Part shown: in pieces, positions 9,943 to 20,300 of the stretch
Layout of the letters: each line of letters starts with the position of its first letter
Numbering within the stretch: the first letter of the stretch is position 1
From: a bacterium
GTDB lineage: Bacteria > Bacteroidota > Bacteroidia > NS11-12g > UBA9320
Direction of reading: 5' to 3'
NCBI GenBank assembly: GCA_018223105.1
Contig: JAAEYY010000001.1
Location: 214,544-278,543 of the forward strand
DNA length: 64,000 bases
Program-made: the position numbers and the translations under genes
The notes under the pieces: generated by a model
Seen by the model: only the letters and a program-made list of their open reading frames with translations
What the model was told of the DNA's origin: nothing
Database searches by the model: none

Positions 9943-10087
9943 TAGAGCATTTCTAATTCAGTGAACCTTCACCAAAGGTGATAAAAAAACAACACTTATA
10001 AACACCTTTAGTTTAGTCTAAAGTAGATCGTGTTGTAAAACACAAATGATCATCACAACGTTTACAAGCGAACCTGCCACTAGGACT

Positions 10088-10323
10088 GCTCGGAGCACAC
10101 CTATAGTAAACCTCGGAGCATGTTTGGAGTACACCTAAAATACACCTCTGAGCCTGCTCGGAGTATACCTACAGTGCCTCGGAGTTTATTCGGAGCACAT
10201 TTATCATGTACCTCTGAGCCTACTCGGAGTACACCTACAGTGTACCTCAGAGTTTATTCAGAGTACACTTAAAGTGTACCTCCTGAGTTTATTCAGAGTA
10301 CACCTACAGTGTACCTCTGAGCT
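10088..10323. repeat. tandem minisatellite: about 34-bp hairpin unit x about 7-8 (68-bp super-unit)
   Basis: Units ctc[t/a]gag(cctgctc|tttattc)ggagtacacctacagtgtac repeat head to tail. Each holds the palindrome gtacac-ctaca-gtgtac. The last unit supplies the final four codons (RGTL) and stop of hppD. Confidence 0.8.
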
Positions 10324-11437
10324 CTTGCTCACGCTCAATCGCTTCAAACAAGGCTTTGAAGTTTCCTTTACCAAAAGAGGTCGCACCTTTTCTTTGGATG
10401 ATTTCGAAGAAAAGGGTAGGACGTGGTTCAATAGGTTTAGTAAAGATCTGAAGTAGATACCCTTCATCATCACGATCCACCAATATACCCAATTCTTTTA
10501 GAGGTTTAATATCCTCTTCAATTTCCCCAACTCTTTCGTGAAGTACGTCGTAATAGGTATCCGGAACTCTTAAAAACTCAACTCCTCTGTTCTGAAGCTG
10601 GGTCACCGTTTCAATGATATTGTCGGTAGCAACTGCAATGTGCTGTACTCCCGGACCTTCATAGAAATCCAAATACTCTTCGATTTGAGATTTTTTCTTA
10701 CCATCTGCAGGTTCGTTAATTGGGAACTTGATTCTACCATTTCCATTACTCATCACCTTACTCATAAGAGCTGTGTAATCAGTAGAAATGTCTTTGTCAT
10801 CAAATGAAATGATTTGAGCAAAGCCCATCACTTGCTTGTAGAAATTCACCCATTCATTCATTTTGCCTAGTTCTACATTTCCCACCATGTGGTCTATGTA
10901 TTTTAAGCCAATTTTTGAAGGGTTATAGCTGCTTTCCCACTTCTTAAAGCCGGGAAGGAACAAGCCATTGTAATTATCTCGCTCAATGAACATATGAACA
11001 GTCTCACCGTAGGTGTAAATACCTGCTTTAACTACTGTTCCCGAATCATCTTTTAATTCATGCGGTTCGCAGAAAGATTTTGCTCCTCTGCTGATGGCTT
11101 CTTCGTATGCTTTTCTTGCATCAGGAACCCAAAGCGCTACTGTTTTAACGCCATCGCCGTGCTTGTCGATGTGTGCTCCAATTGAAGTTCCACTCTTCAA
11201 TGGAGAGGTAAGCACAAGTCTAATTTTATCTTGAACTACCACATATGATTCAGTTTCTTTATTGCCGGTAGCTAAACCGGAGTATGCTAATGACTGAAAT
11301 CCAAATGCTGTTTTGTAAAAGTGTGCAGCCTGATTTGCATTACCTACGTAAAGCTCCACGTAGTCTGTACCTTGTATCGGCATGAAATCATCTGCCTCGT
11401 CGTATAATTTTGGAATTGATAATGTATCGCTATTCAT
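10304..11437 (-). CDS. hppD: 4-hydroxyphenylpyruvate dioxygenase
   Basis: 377 aa. Two VOC/glyoxalase-like barrels; conserved HPPD stretches GTDYVELYVGNANQAAHFY and FFEIIQRKGATSFGKGNFKALFEAIEREQ. Confidence 0.85.
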   Translation of the reverse strand: MNSDTLSIPKLYDEADDFMPIQGTDYVELYVGNANQAAHFYKTAFGFQSLAYSGLATGNKETESYVVVQDKIRLVLTSPLKSGTSIGAHIDKHGDGVKTVALWVPDARKAYEEAISRGAKSFCEPHELKDDSGTVVKAGIYTYGETVHMFIERDNYNGLFLPGFKKWESSYNPSKIGLKYIDHMVGNVELGKMNEWVNFYKQVMGFAQIISFDDKDISTDYTALMSKVMSNGNGRIKFPINEPADGKKKSQIEEYLDFYEGPGVQHIAVATDNIIETVTQLQNRGVEFLRVPDTYYDVLHERVGEIEEDIKPLKELGILVDRDDEGYLLQIFTKPIEPRPTLFFEIIQRKGATSFGKGNFKALFEAIEREQELRGTL

Positions 11438-11507
11438 GATCTTCTCTTTAATGCGTCAAAGGTAGAAATTTACATTTATTTTGACTCCCAAGCAAAGAAT
11501 AATCAAT

Positions 11508-11562
11508 CCGCCAGCTGGCGGAGAAGGAAGATTTGTTATCCCCCTATCGGGTGACTATTTGC
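11508..11562. repeat. palindromic repeat element (tccgccagctggcgga; cccctatcgggtgactatttgc)
   Basis: Perfect 16-bp palindrome plus a cgggtgacta motif shared with the 7150-7193 element. Confidence 0.5.
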
Positions 11563-11615
11563 TTATTATAAAAAGAAAAAATTAAAAGTTTCAGACGAAT
11601 TTTTAATTGTCTGAA

Positions 11616-12542
11616 TTAACTCTTCAATGTTAATTCCACCTGAGAAAGATCAATAAACTCTTGAACTCTTTTCTCAATAGCCGGAATCTCCAAGCCTACG
11701 AGTTTTTCAGTTCCGAATTTCTCTACACAGAAACTTGCCATTGCCGATCCATAAATCACTGCACGTTTGAAATTCTCAAAACTCAAACCATCCGTTGCAG
11801 CTAAATATCCGATAAAACCTCCTGCAAAAGTGTCGCCGGCTCCGGTTGGATCAAATACTTCTTCTAGAGGAAGTGCAGGGCAGAAATACACCTGTTTCTC
11901 ATTGAATAACAAGGCACCATGCTCACCTTTTTTAATTACGAGATATTTTGGTCCCATTTCCATGATTTTTTGAGCAGCTTTCACCAGGCTGTATTCTTTG
12001 CTCAGTTGTCGAGCTTCTTCGTCATTGATGATTAAGACATCGATCATGCCCAACACTTCTTTCAAGTCGTCCATTGCAATATCCATCCAGAAATTCATGG
12101 TGTCTAAAGCAATTAGTTTAGGACGTTTTTCAAGGCGTTCAATCACTGTTTTTTGGACTTGTGGACTCAAGTTCCCTAGCATTAAATACTCACAGTTTTG
12201 GTAAGCTTCAGGAATGATAGGGTCAAAGTCGCCTAGTACGTTGAGTTCCGTAACCAAGGTATCTCTGCTGTTCATATCGTTGTGATACTTTCCACTCCAG
12301 AAGAAGGTTTTTTCATCTTCTTTCACTTGAAGTCCTTCAGTATCAACACCATGTTCTTGCAAAAGCTTGATGTTCTCCTTTGGGAAATCACCTCCTACAA
12401 CAGCACATAAGTTGATGTTATCGGTGAAATAGCTTGAAGCAAGGCTGATATAAGTGGCAGCACCACCGATTATTTTATCTGTTTTCCCAAAAGGGGTTTC
12501 TATGGCGTCGAACGCTACGGATCCAATTACTAGTAAACTCAT
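11616..12542 (-). CDS. PfkB-family carbohydrate kinase (ribokinase-like)
   Basis: C-terminal DPTGAGDTFAGGF anion-hole motif. The ORF extends to 12611, but the internal Met (MSLLVIGSVAFD) gives the typical PfkB N-terminus, so the start was placed at 12542. Confidence 0.7.
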   Translation of the reverse strand: MSLLVIGSVAFDAIETPFGKTDKIIGGAATYISLASSYFTDNINLCAVVGGDFPKENIKLLQEHGVDTEGLQVKEDEKTFFWSGKYHNDMNSRDTLVTELNVLGDFDPIIPEAYQNCEYLMLGNLSPQVQKTVIERLEKRPKLIALDTMNFWMDIAMDDLKEVLGMIDVLIINDEEARQLSKEYSLVKAAQKIMEMGPKYLVIKKGEHGALLFNEKQVYFCPALPLEEVFDPTGAGDTFAGGFIGYLAATDGLSFENFKRAVIYGSAMASFCVEKFGTEKLVGLEIPAIEKRVQEFIDLSQVELTLKS

Positions 12543-12713
12543 CGCGGCAAAGATGCACAAAACAATTTTCTTGAGAAAGAGCACTTTAGTAAACAAAATA
12601 TACCCGATCAACTTTTTGGTTTGGATATGCCATTAAGCTTAAACTAACTTAGCCCCATCGTAGCTACTGAGAAGATATTATGGGAGCGAAGGAAGGCTCC
12701 GGATCCAGACAAA

Positions 12714-14405
12714 GTGAAAGCTTTGGTTGAAGATATGGGTGCGCCCGAAGAGATTGCTGCTTTGCTTTGTCAGCGAGGTATTGATTCTCCAGATGCAGTT
12801 CGCATGTTTTTCAACCCGAAAATTGAAGACCTTCATGATCCTTTTCTAATGCGCGATATGGAGCAAGCCATAGATCGTATAGATAAAGCGATTGAAAGCA
12901 AAGAAAAGCTCATGGTTTTTGGTGATTACGATGTGGATGGAACCACTTCGGTTTCAACGGTCTTCCAGTTTTTTCGCGATTATTTTGATGATATCATCTT
13001 CTATATACCTGATCGGTACAAGGAAGGCTATGGAATTAGTAAGCAGGGAATCGATAAAGCTAAAGAAGAGGGGATAAGCTTAATCATAGCATTAGATTGT
13101 GGTATTCGCAGTGTTGAACTGATAGATTATGCAGCCGAATTAGGTATAGATTTCATCATATGCGACCATCATTTACCCGGCGAAGAAATCCCGCAAGCTG
13201 TGGCTGTTTTAGATCCCAAACGGAAGGATTGCGAATACCCTTATAAAGAACTCTGCGGTTGCGGAATTGGGTTCAAACTCATTCAGGCTTTTTGTCAAAA
13301 GCACGATTTGGACGACCGACTCTATCAACGATATTTAGATTTAGTTTGCCTTGCTATTGCTTCGGATATTGTTCCAATTACCGGTGAAAATCGCGTTTTA
13401 GCGTATTACGGACTAAAGTTGGTAAATGCTAGACCTTCTTTGGGCATCAGAAAACTGATTGAAAAATCAATTCAAAAGGAAGAACTAAGTATAGGAGATT
13501 TGGTTTTTTATGTCGGACCGAGGATCAATGCTGCCGGAAGAATGGATAGTGCGGAACTCGCTGTTAAACTACTCACGACAGAAGATGAGCTTGAAGCGGA
13601 TGTTTTGGCCACAGAATTACACGCTAAGAATGCACATAGAAAGACGGTAGACGAGAAGATTACAGCTGATCTTCAAGAGATTGTAGCAAAGAATCCAGAA
13701 TTACTCAGCAGAAAAACGCTGGTGTTCTTTGATCCATCCTGGCATAAAGGCGTTATTGGCATTGCAGCTTCAAGGGCTATCGAGTTATACCATCGTCCCA
13801 CAATCATTTTAACGGGTTCGGAAGGCAAACTCAGTGGTTCAGGTAGGTCGATTAAGGGTTTTGATTTACACGAGGCTTTGCATCATTGCTCAGATCATTT
13901 GATTCAGTTTGGCGGACACATGTATGCTGCCGGATTAACTATGAAGGAAGAAAACTTGGATGCTTTTTCTGCCGCATTTGAAGAAGTGGCTCAGATGGAA
14001 CTATCAGAGGATGATATGCTGCCGAGATTAATGTATGATCAGGAAATTCAAGTAGATGATATCAGTGATAAGACCTTGAAAATTATTCAACGTATGGCGC
14101 CTTTTGGTCCCGGAAACTTAACTCCTGTTTTCAGAGCAAGGAATTTGTTAGATGACGGAAGCGGCAGAGTTATTGGCTCTACAGCAGAGCATATCAGACT
14201 AAATATTAAGCAAGAATCAGGCAGCATAGCTGCAGTTGGTTTCGGAATGGCAGATCAATTCGATGCCATAAAAAAAGCAGACTCTTTTGAAGCCTGCTTT
14301 ACTATTAATGAAAATATTTTTCGAGGTATGCGTTCGATTCAGCTCATGCTGAAAGGAATCCGGCCTACCAACGATACTGGTAATATCTCTTCTGTTTCAA
14401 GCTGA
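12714..14405 (+). CDS. recJ: single-stranded-DNA-specific exonuclease RecJ
   Basis: 563 aa. DHH motifs (FGDYDVDGTTS; ICDHH) and a DHHA1 region. GTG start. Confidence 0.85.
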   Translation: MKALVEDMGAPEEIAALLCQRGIDSPDAVRMFFNPKIEDLHDPFLMRDMEQAIDRIDKAIESKEKLMVFGDYDVDGTTSVSTVFQFFRDYFDDIIFYIPDRYKEGYGISKQGIDKAKEEGISLIIALDCGIRSVELIDYAAELGIDFIICDHHLPGEEIPQAVAVLDPKRKDCEYPYKELCGCGIGFKLIQAFCQKHDLDDRLYQRYLDLVCLAIASDIVPITGENRVLAYYGLKLVNARPSLGIRKLIEKSIQKEELSIGDLVFYVGPRINAAGRMDSAELAVKLLTTEDELEADVLATELHAKNAHRKTVDEKITADLQEIVAKNPELLSRKTLVFFDPSWHKGVIGIAASRAIELYHRPTIILTGSEGKLSGSGRSIKGFDLHEALHHCSDHLIQFGGHMYAAGLTMKEENLDAFSAAFEEVAQMELSEDDMLPRLMYDQEIQVDDISDKTLKIIQRMAPFGPGNLTPVFRARNLLDDGSGRVIGSTAEHIRLNIKQESGSIAAVGFGMADQFDAIKKADSFEACFTINENIFRGMRSIQLMLKGIRPTNDTGNISSVSS

Positions 14406-15054
14406 AATCGTACTGTAGAAATCCTCCAAATGCAATATTTTTAAGAACTGTAGCACCCGGGTATTTATTGTAGTTTAAAAATCCGAATGATGATCTACCT
14501 CCAATACTGAGTCTATTCAAATTGTTTTTAAATCCGAAGTTAACACCTAGACCTGCTACAAATGCGACATCTAATTTTCTTGGTGTTAAATCTGTTTCCG
14601 GATCAAAATCTTCATTGCCTGCTGCAATGGGATCTTGATACGTATTTGAAGCAGACAATGCGTACATTACAGCTGGTCCACCTTCAACATACCAAAATGA
14701 ATTAGGCTGGCCAACTCTGTATGGCATCATTTCTTTCTTTCTGAAAGGAGTCATCCAATGAGCAGTAAGTGGTACAGAGATATAGCTCGCATTTAAAAGG
14801 AAAGTACCTCCAACTCCCGGATCTACAACAGTTGATCTAATATCAAATAAAAGATCCCCTTCAAGCATTATTCTCTCTGATACTTGTTGCTTGTACGCCA
14901 AGCCATTGTAAATATTTATTCCGTAAGAATGTACGTATGTACCGGTGGTAGAGAGTCCACCTAAGCCACCTCCTGATTTAATTCCAAGGTAAAACTGAGC
15001 ATTTGCTCCTATTGCACAAAAAGTAATAGTTAAAAGTACGACTAGTTTTTTCAT
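14365..15054 (-). CDS. outer-membrane beta-barrel protein (porin-like, signal peptide)
   Basis: 229 aa. Signal peptide ending ANAQ, alternating amphipathic beta-strands, and a C-terminal aromatic residue. Confidence 0.5.
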   Translation of the reverse strand: MKKLVVLLTITFCAIGANAQFYLGIKSGGGLGGLSTTGTYVHSYGINIYNGLAYKQQVSERIMLEGDLLFDIRSTVVDPGVGGTFLLNASYISVPLTAHWMTPFRKKEMMPYRVGQPNSFWYVEGGPAVMYALSASNTYQDPIAAGNEDFDPETDLTPRKLDVAFVAGLGVNFGFKNNLNRLSIGGRSSFGFLNYNKYPGATVLKNIAFGGFLQYDFSLKQKRYYQYRW

Positions 15055-15130
15055 CTTAAAAAGGTATTAATTTGACAAATATAAGGTTTAACGAAGTTTT
15101 ATATTCCTGTGGTATGTTAATTTTGAAGGA

Positions 15131-15859
15131 ATGAAACTGGAGGCCAGCAACTTAGTGAAGCAATATAAAAAGAGAAAAGTTGTAAATGACGTTTCTCTGG
15201 AAGTGCATCAAGGTGAGATTGTTGGACTTCTCGGTCCCAACGGTGCCGGTAAAACCACAACCTTCTACATGGTTGTTGGTTTGATTAAACCCGATGAGGG
15301 AAAAGTTTTTCTGGATTCAGAGAATATAACGTCTAGAGCGATGTACAAAAGAGCTCAGAAAGGGATTGGATATTTACCACAAGAGGCTTCAGTTTTTCGC
15401 GATCTTAGTGTTGAAGACAATATCAAAGCGGTTTTGGAAATGACCGATATGTCTAAAAAAGACCAGCGAGCAAAGACGGAAGAGTTGTTGGATGAGTTCG
15501 GGCTGCAAAAAGTAAGAAAGAACTTGGGGAAAGTATTGAGTGGAGGTGAGCGAAGACGAACTGAAATTGCCCGTGCTCTTGCCGTAGATCCTAAGTTCAT
15601 TTTATTGGATGAGCCATTTGCCGGAGTAGATCCAATTGCAGTTGAAGATATTCAGCAAATTGTACAGCAACTCATCAATAAAAATATTGGCGTTCTGATT
15701 ACAGATCATAACGTTCATGAAACGCTTTCTATCGTAAACCGTGCCTACTTACTTTTTGAAGGTAAAATTCTGAAAAGCGGAACAGCTCAGGAGTTAGCAG
15801 ATGATGAAATGGTGCGTGATGTATATCTAGGTAAGAACTTCGAGTTACGCAGTTTCTAA
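15131..15859 (+). CDS. lptB: LPS export ABC transporter ATP-binding protein LptB
   Basis: 242 aa. Walker [15 protein letters not shown] signature LSGGERRR, Walker B ILLDEP. Confidence 0.85.
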   Translation: MKLEASNLVKQYKKRKVVNDVSLEVHQGEIVGLLGPNGAGKTTTFYMVVGLIKPDEGKVFLDSENITSRAMYKRAQKGIGYLPQEASVFRDLSVEDNIKAVLEMTDMSKKDQRAKTEELLDEFGLQKVRKNLGKVLSGGERRRTEIARALAVDPKFILLDEPFAGVDPIAVEDIQQIVQQLINKNIGVLITDHNVHETLSIVNRAYLLFEGKILKSGTAQELADDEMVRDVYLGKNFELRSF

Positions 15860-16975
15860 TTACAGCCACTTCTTTTTCTTAAAATAGAAAATCATGAAAA
15901 TGGATATCACCACCATGATTCCCCACATGATGAAATAACTGTATCTATAATCCAGTTCCGGAACATATTCAAAATTAGTCCCGTAAATGCCTGCGATAAA
16001 TGTAAGAGGTATAAAGATCACAGAAAAAATAGTGAGGAACTTCATCACATCATTCAACTTGGTACTCATTGTAGTATGATAGACGTTTAACTGATCACTG
16101 AGAATTTCGCGATAAGAATCTGTTAACTCCGAAGCTTGTTGAACATTGTCTACTAATTCCTTATAAAATGGAGCAGTTCTCTTTTTGAGCAAAGGCGTTT
16201 CCATTTTTGATAAAAGCAGAATCATTTCCTGTCCGGGTTTGATATATCTTCTCAAGTAATTAATTTCCTTCTTGTACAGATTAATTCTTCCCAAAAGTTT
16301 TTCATCCGGATCTTCTAATAAGTCTACTTCCAATTCATCAATTTTCTCACCCAGAGCACTCGTTGAGTAAATGTAATTGTCGATTACAATATCCAGAAGT
16401 GCGAATGCAAGATAATCGGTCCCAAAAGTTCTAATCCTTTTTCTTTGGTCTCGAATCCGCTGTCGCACCGGATCAAACACATCACCTTCTTTTTCCTGAA
16501 AGCTAATGAGCACATGATCCATTATGATCAAGGAAATATTCTCAACATCGATCTCATTTAAATCCTCATCATGCATTAACATTTTTAGACTGACGAAAAG
16601 ATAGTTATCATGCTCCTGCACCTTTGGTCGAAGGTTAGTGTTCATGATGTCTGAAAGTACATATGACTCAATGCCAAAAGTCTCGCCAATTTCAGAGATG
16701 ATAGTGTCGTCGTGAAGTCCATTGACATTGATCCAACTTACCGTATCTGTATTTATTAAATCTTTGAATTTCTTAATGTCGACAATAGATACTTCTTCCA
16801 GTTTGTCTGAATCGAAATCTATAAGCTGAATATCTACGGTTTCTCTTCTTTGAACTCCCCTAAAAACCAGTGCATCCGGCGATACACCTATTACTTTTTT
16901 CTGTTTCTTCAGCGGATTTTTTATGTTCGCTTTCAAAGGGTTTTTCATGAAATCCAATGCTTTTTCTATAGCCAT
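15860..16975 (-). CDS. corA: magnesium/cobalt transport protein CorA
   Basis: 371 aa. C-terminal two-TM domain carrying the GTNFEYVPEL (GMN-type) motif. Confidence 0.85.
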   Translation of the reverse strand: MAIEKALDFMKNPLKANIKNPLKKQKKVIGVSPDALVFRGVQRRETVDIQLIDFDSDKLEEVSIVDIKKFKDLINTDTVSWINVNGLHDDTIISEIGETFGIESYVLSDIMNTNLRPKVQEHDNYLFVSLKMLMHDEDLNEIDVENISLIIMDHVLISFQEKEGDVFDPVRQRIRDQRKRIRTFGTDYLAFALLDIVIDNYIYSTSALGEKIDELEVDLLEDPDEKLLGRINLYKKEINYLRRYIKPGQEMILLLSKMETPLLKKRTAPFYKELVDNVQQASELTDSYREILSDQLNVYHTTMSTKLNDVMKFLTIFSVIFIPLTFIAGIYGTNFEYVPELDYRYSYFIMWGIMVVISIFMIFYFKKKKWL

Positions 16976-17334
16976 TCTATTTTCTCTCTAGTTAATTCCG
17001 TTTTCTCATCACCTGTATTGATGGTGCTTTCGGGCTCAAATAACAACACCGTAACTTCTTCTTTAGCTACCGGTCTGTGTTGTACTCCTCTTGGCACCAC
17101 TACCAGTTCTCCTTCTTCTAAATGCAGGGTCTTATCTCGAAATTCAATATCGAGTGAACCTTTGATAATCAGAAACATTTCATCTTCTTGATCGTGCTGA
17201 TGCCACACAAATTCACCTTTTAATTTAGCTAATTTGACATGTTGACCGTTTAAGGCGGCAACAATGCCCGGCTTCCAATGCTCTTGGATAAGGGACTCTT
17301 TTTCCTGAAGATTTACTTTGTTGATTGATTCCAC
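16966..17334 (-). CDS. cupin-domain protein
   Basis: 122 aa. Cupin motif HQHDQEDEMF...G...VVPRGVQH. Confidence 0.55.
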   Translation of the reverse strand: MESINKVNLQEKESLIQEHWKPGIVAALNGQHVKLAKLKGEFVWHQHDQEDEMFLIIKGSLDIEFRDKTLHLEEGELVVVPRGVQHRPVAKEEVTVLLFEPESTINTGDEKTELTREKIEWL

Positions 17335-17364
17335 AATGAAATCAAAGATAGTATTCTGATAAGA

Positions 17365-20300
17365 TCAAGAACCGAAATAGTTCTTCACTTTCTGTTTGTA
17401 ATAAGGCTGAAGTTCAGGTGATACACTTCTTAACATTTCCTGCTCCTTCATTTTTTCTTCCAGGTATTTCTTAATACTCGGAGGGATTTCTCTTTCCTTT
17501 TCTTTGGCTTCTTCCGCAGCGCGCTTCTCCTCCTTATCCTGCTTCTTCTCTGCGTTTTCATGCTCGCTCAACCTGATTTCAATATCCTGCAACTTCTCCA
17601 TTACCGCGGGATCCAGCTTCTTATAATACAGATCCTTCTCTATATCATCCATCATGTCCTGCGTTTTCTGAAGGTCACCCAAGCTCCCGCCTTTTCCTTC
17701 TTTTTGAAGGTCGCGTTCAAGTTCCTGCAAGCGTTTACGAATCTCTGCTTGCTTGGCGGCCATCTCAGCAAATTCTTTACTTCCGGGTTGTTGTCCCTTT
17801 TTCTTGCCATCCATCATTTCCTGCAATTGCTTGGCAAGATCTTGCTGCATTTTCTTGATGGTTTGCGCATTGGGTTTTTTCGGTTTTTCACCTTGTCCGC
17901 TACCGGGCTTTTTGCACTGACCACTCTTCTGTTGCTGCTTCTCTTTCATGGATTTCATCTGCTCTTGCATGGCCTCTAAACTCTGACTCAACATCAGTGC
18001 AAGATTGTTGTAACCGGTCATGACATATTGCTGATTCACCATGGCTTCAGAGGTTTGTCGCTCACCTAAATGTGCCAATGTTCTATCCAGGTTCTGATTT
18101 ACTCTTGCGATTTCCTCATTAACGAAATGCTCAATTTCCGGATTGCGCTTCGATAAGGCTAATAGAGAATCTTCTACCATTTTCGACTCATCCACGATGC
18201 GTCGTTGTAATTGTCTCAATTCTATGTATCGAGCATTATAGCTTCTGTTCTGTTTGAACTCAGAAATTATTTGCTCCTGATCAAAAGATAATTGAACCAG
18301 ATTTTCCAAGATTTGACGAAGGGCATTATAGTCTTCCTGATATTGCTCTTCATATGCCTCCTCAATCTGCTTCTCTAAACTCTCTGCCATCTTTTTCATC
18401 TCTTCAGCCGCATCTTGTTGCTTTTCAGATGCATCCGAGTTTTTTCCCTTCTCCATTGATTCTTTACTTTGATTCATTTTTTCTTGAATCTGATCAGAAT
18501 CCTCCTTCGGCATGTCCAGACTTTTTGGCTGCTCCAGTGCTTTATTCTTTTCTTCTATATCTTCTAAGTCTTTCTTCAGCTCTTCAAATTCCTCATTTAG
18601 TTTTTCCTGCTCCTTAATGAGCTCTTCATCCTTCTTCTCCCCATTCTTCGTTTTCTCGGATAACTCTTGCTGCTTCTTACTCAATTCGTTCAGTTTTTCA
18701 ACCGTTTCATTCAGTTTCTTCTCCAGCTCTAGCTCCTTAAACAACTCCAACATTCGATCTAAATCCTTCGACATCTCTTCTTCAGAAAACTCGAGATTTT
18801 CCATTTCCTGCTGAAGTTCCTGCATTCTATTTTCTTCCATGAGCTTTCGGATTTTCTCCATTAGCTCCTTGGTTTCTTCATCCATTACCTTTTCGAAGAG
18901 TTCTTCAATTTTTTGCTGCTTCTCCAACATTTCCTCGTTCACATCCTTGAACTCTTCTTCCTTCATGTTCTTCTCCATGTTCTCGTTCACAGTTTCTTCA
19001 ATTTCTTTCTGCAACTGTTCATGTTTCTTCAGGAGATCTTCAATCTTCTTTTTGTCGTTCCAATCCAGGTTCTTTTTCTCAGTCAGCATCTTCTTCACTT
19101 CCTGTAAATCTTTTTCGATTTCAGAAGCTTTCGCCTGAGAACTAGAAAGTGAACTTTTAATATTCTCGTTCGACTTTTCAGTTTGCTCTTTTATTTCTTT
19201 TAGAGAGGGTGCTTTATAAGTGGAAATTTGTGATCTCGTGGCCTTGGCTCCGTTAACTCCGTCGTTATCCCAAACCGTGAAATAGTATTCGATCTCATCT
19301 TCGGCCTGAACATTTATTTGCTTCAGGTCCCAATAATGATAGAAGGTTTGCTTTTGGATTTTCTTATCGAGTGCAATATTTACAGTACCCGACTTCCCTT
19401 TTTTATCGCCTTGAGCATTAACAAACTTGTAGCTGAAACTCAATTTCGTGAATCCGTGATCATCGTTCACCTCTCCAAGAAAATATAAAATCTTAGCACT
19501 CAAACTATCCGATTTCTGATCTACATCGATCTTAGGATAAGCATCGGGAATCACATTGATATTGTAAAACAAGCTATCTCCATCCTTCACACTTCGGTTT
19601 TTGGTTTTAACCTGAAGCAATGACGATTTCTTGAATATTTTAGAGAAACTTGCACGGTCTCCGGCATTGGTAATTTCCTTTCCTTCCGGTAAAATTTCAA
19701 TTTGATCTACATGTCGGGTTTCAAAATTCCAGGTGATACCTGTTCCTTCCGGCACTGTGATTTCACCAATATTGCTTACCGTCTGATCTTCCATGTCGAG
19801 GTAGGCCGGGAAATCTAATTTGGCATTATATGAGAGTAGACTCGGTTTAAGTGCTACATCCAGAGTATATCTATCGCTGTTAAAACCACCCGACTCAAAC
19901 CAAATCTCTTGTCCCTTTTGCACATTGCGAAGAAGATATTCAAATTGGCCGCTGTTCTTCCGGCTCATTTTATACCTCAATTCTCCAATGTGGATATAAG
20001 CATCTTTAGGAATCTCCGAACCTTCAAGTTTCAATGGGATTTTTAAATCTCTGTTTTGAACCGTGTTGAATATGGAAGCATCTACCACGAATGAAAAAGG
20101 TGCTTCGGGTTCAAAATGCTGATTGAATTTTACTATTCGCTCCGAGCTGCTTTTGAAACCCGGACTGATCACCATAATTAGTAACAAAATCACAGCGGGA
20201 ATCAAAGCCAATTTAACGTAACGCAGATTACTGTTAAACTTTATAGCATTGCTAAATGGGATAGGACTTAACTGTGCTGTTTTCTGTTCTATACTGGCCA

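Noticed and set aside
10060-10330. Possible CRISPR array
   Set aside because: The repeats abut one another without unique spacers, and the period is about 34 bp in total. No cas genes nearby. This is a minisatellite, not CRISPR.
10258-10473. Overlapping ORFs 10258..10473 (-) and 10274..10456 (+)
   Set aside because: They run through the tandem hairpin minisatellite and the 3' end of hppD. Their frames open only because of repeat composition.
18354-19138. Four ORFs (87-100 aa) on the plus strand inside the giant coiled-coil gene, encoding Ser/Phe/Leu-rich low-complexity peptides
   Set aside because: They are antisense artefacts of the E/K-rich repetitive coding sequence on the minus strand. 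No independent coding signal.
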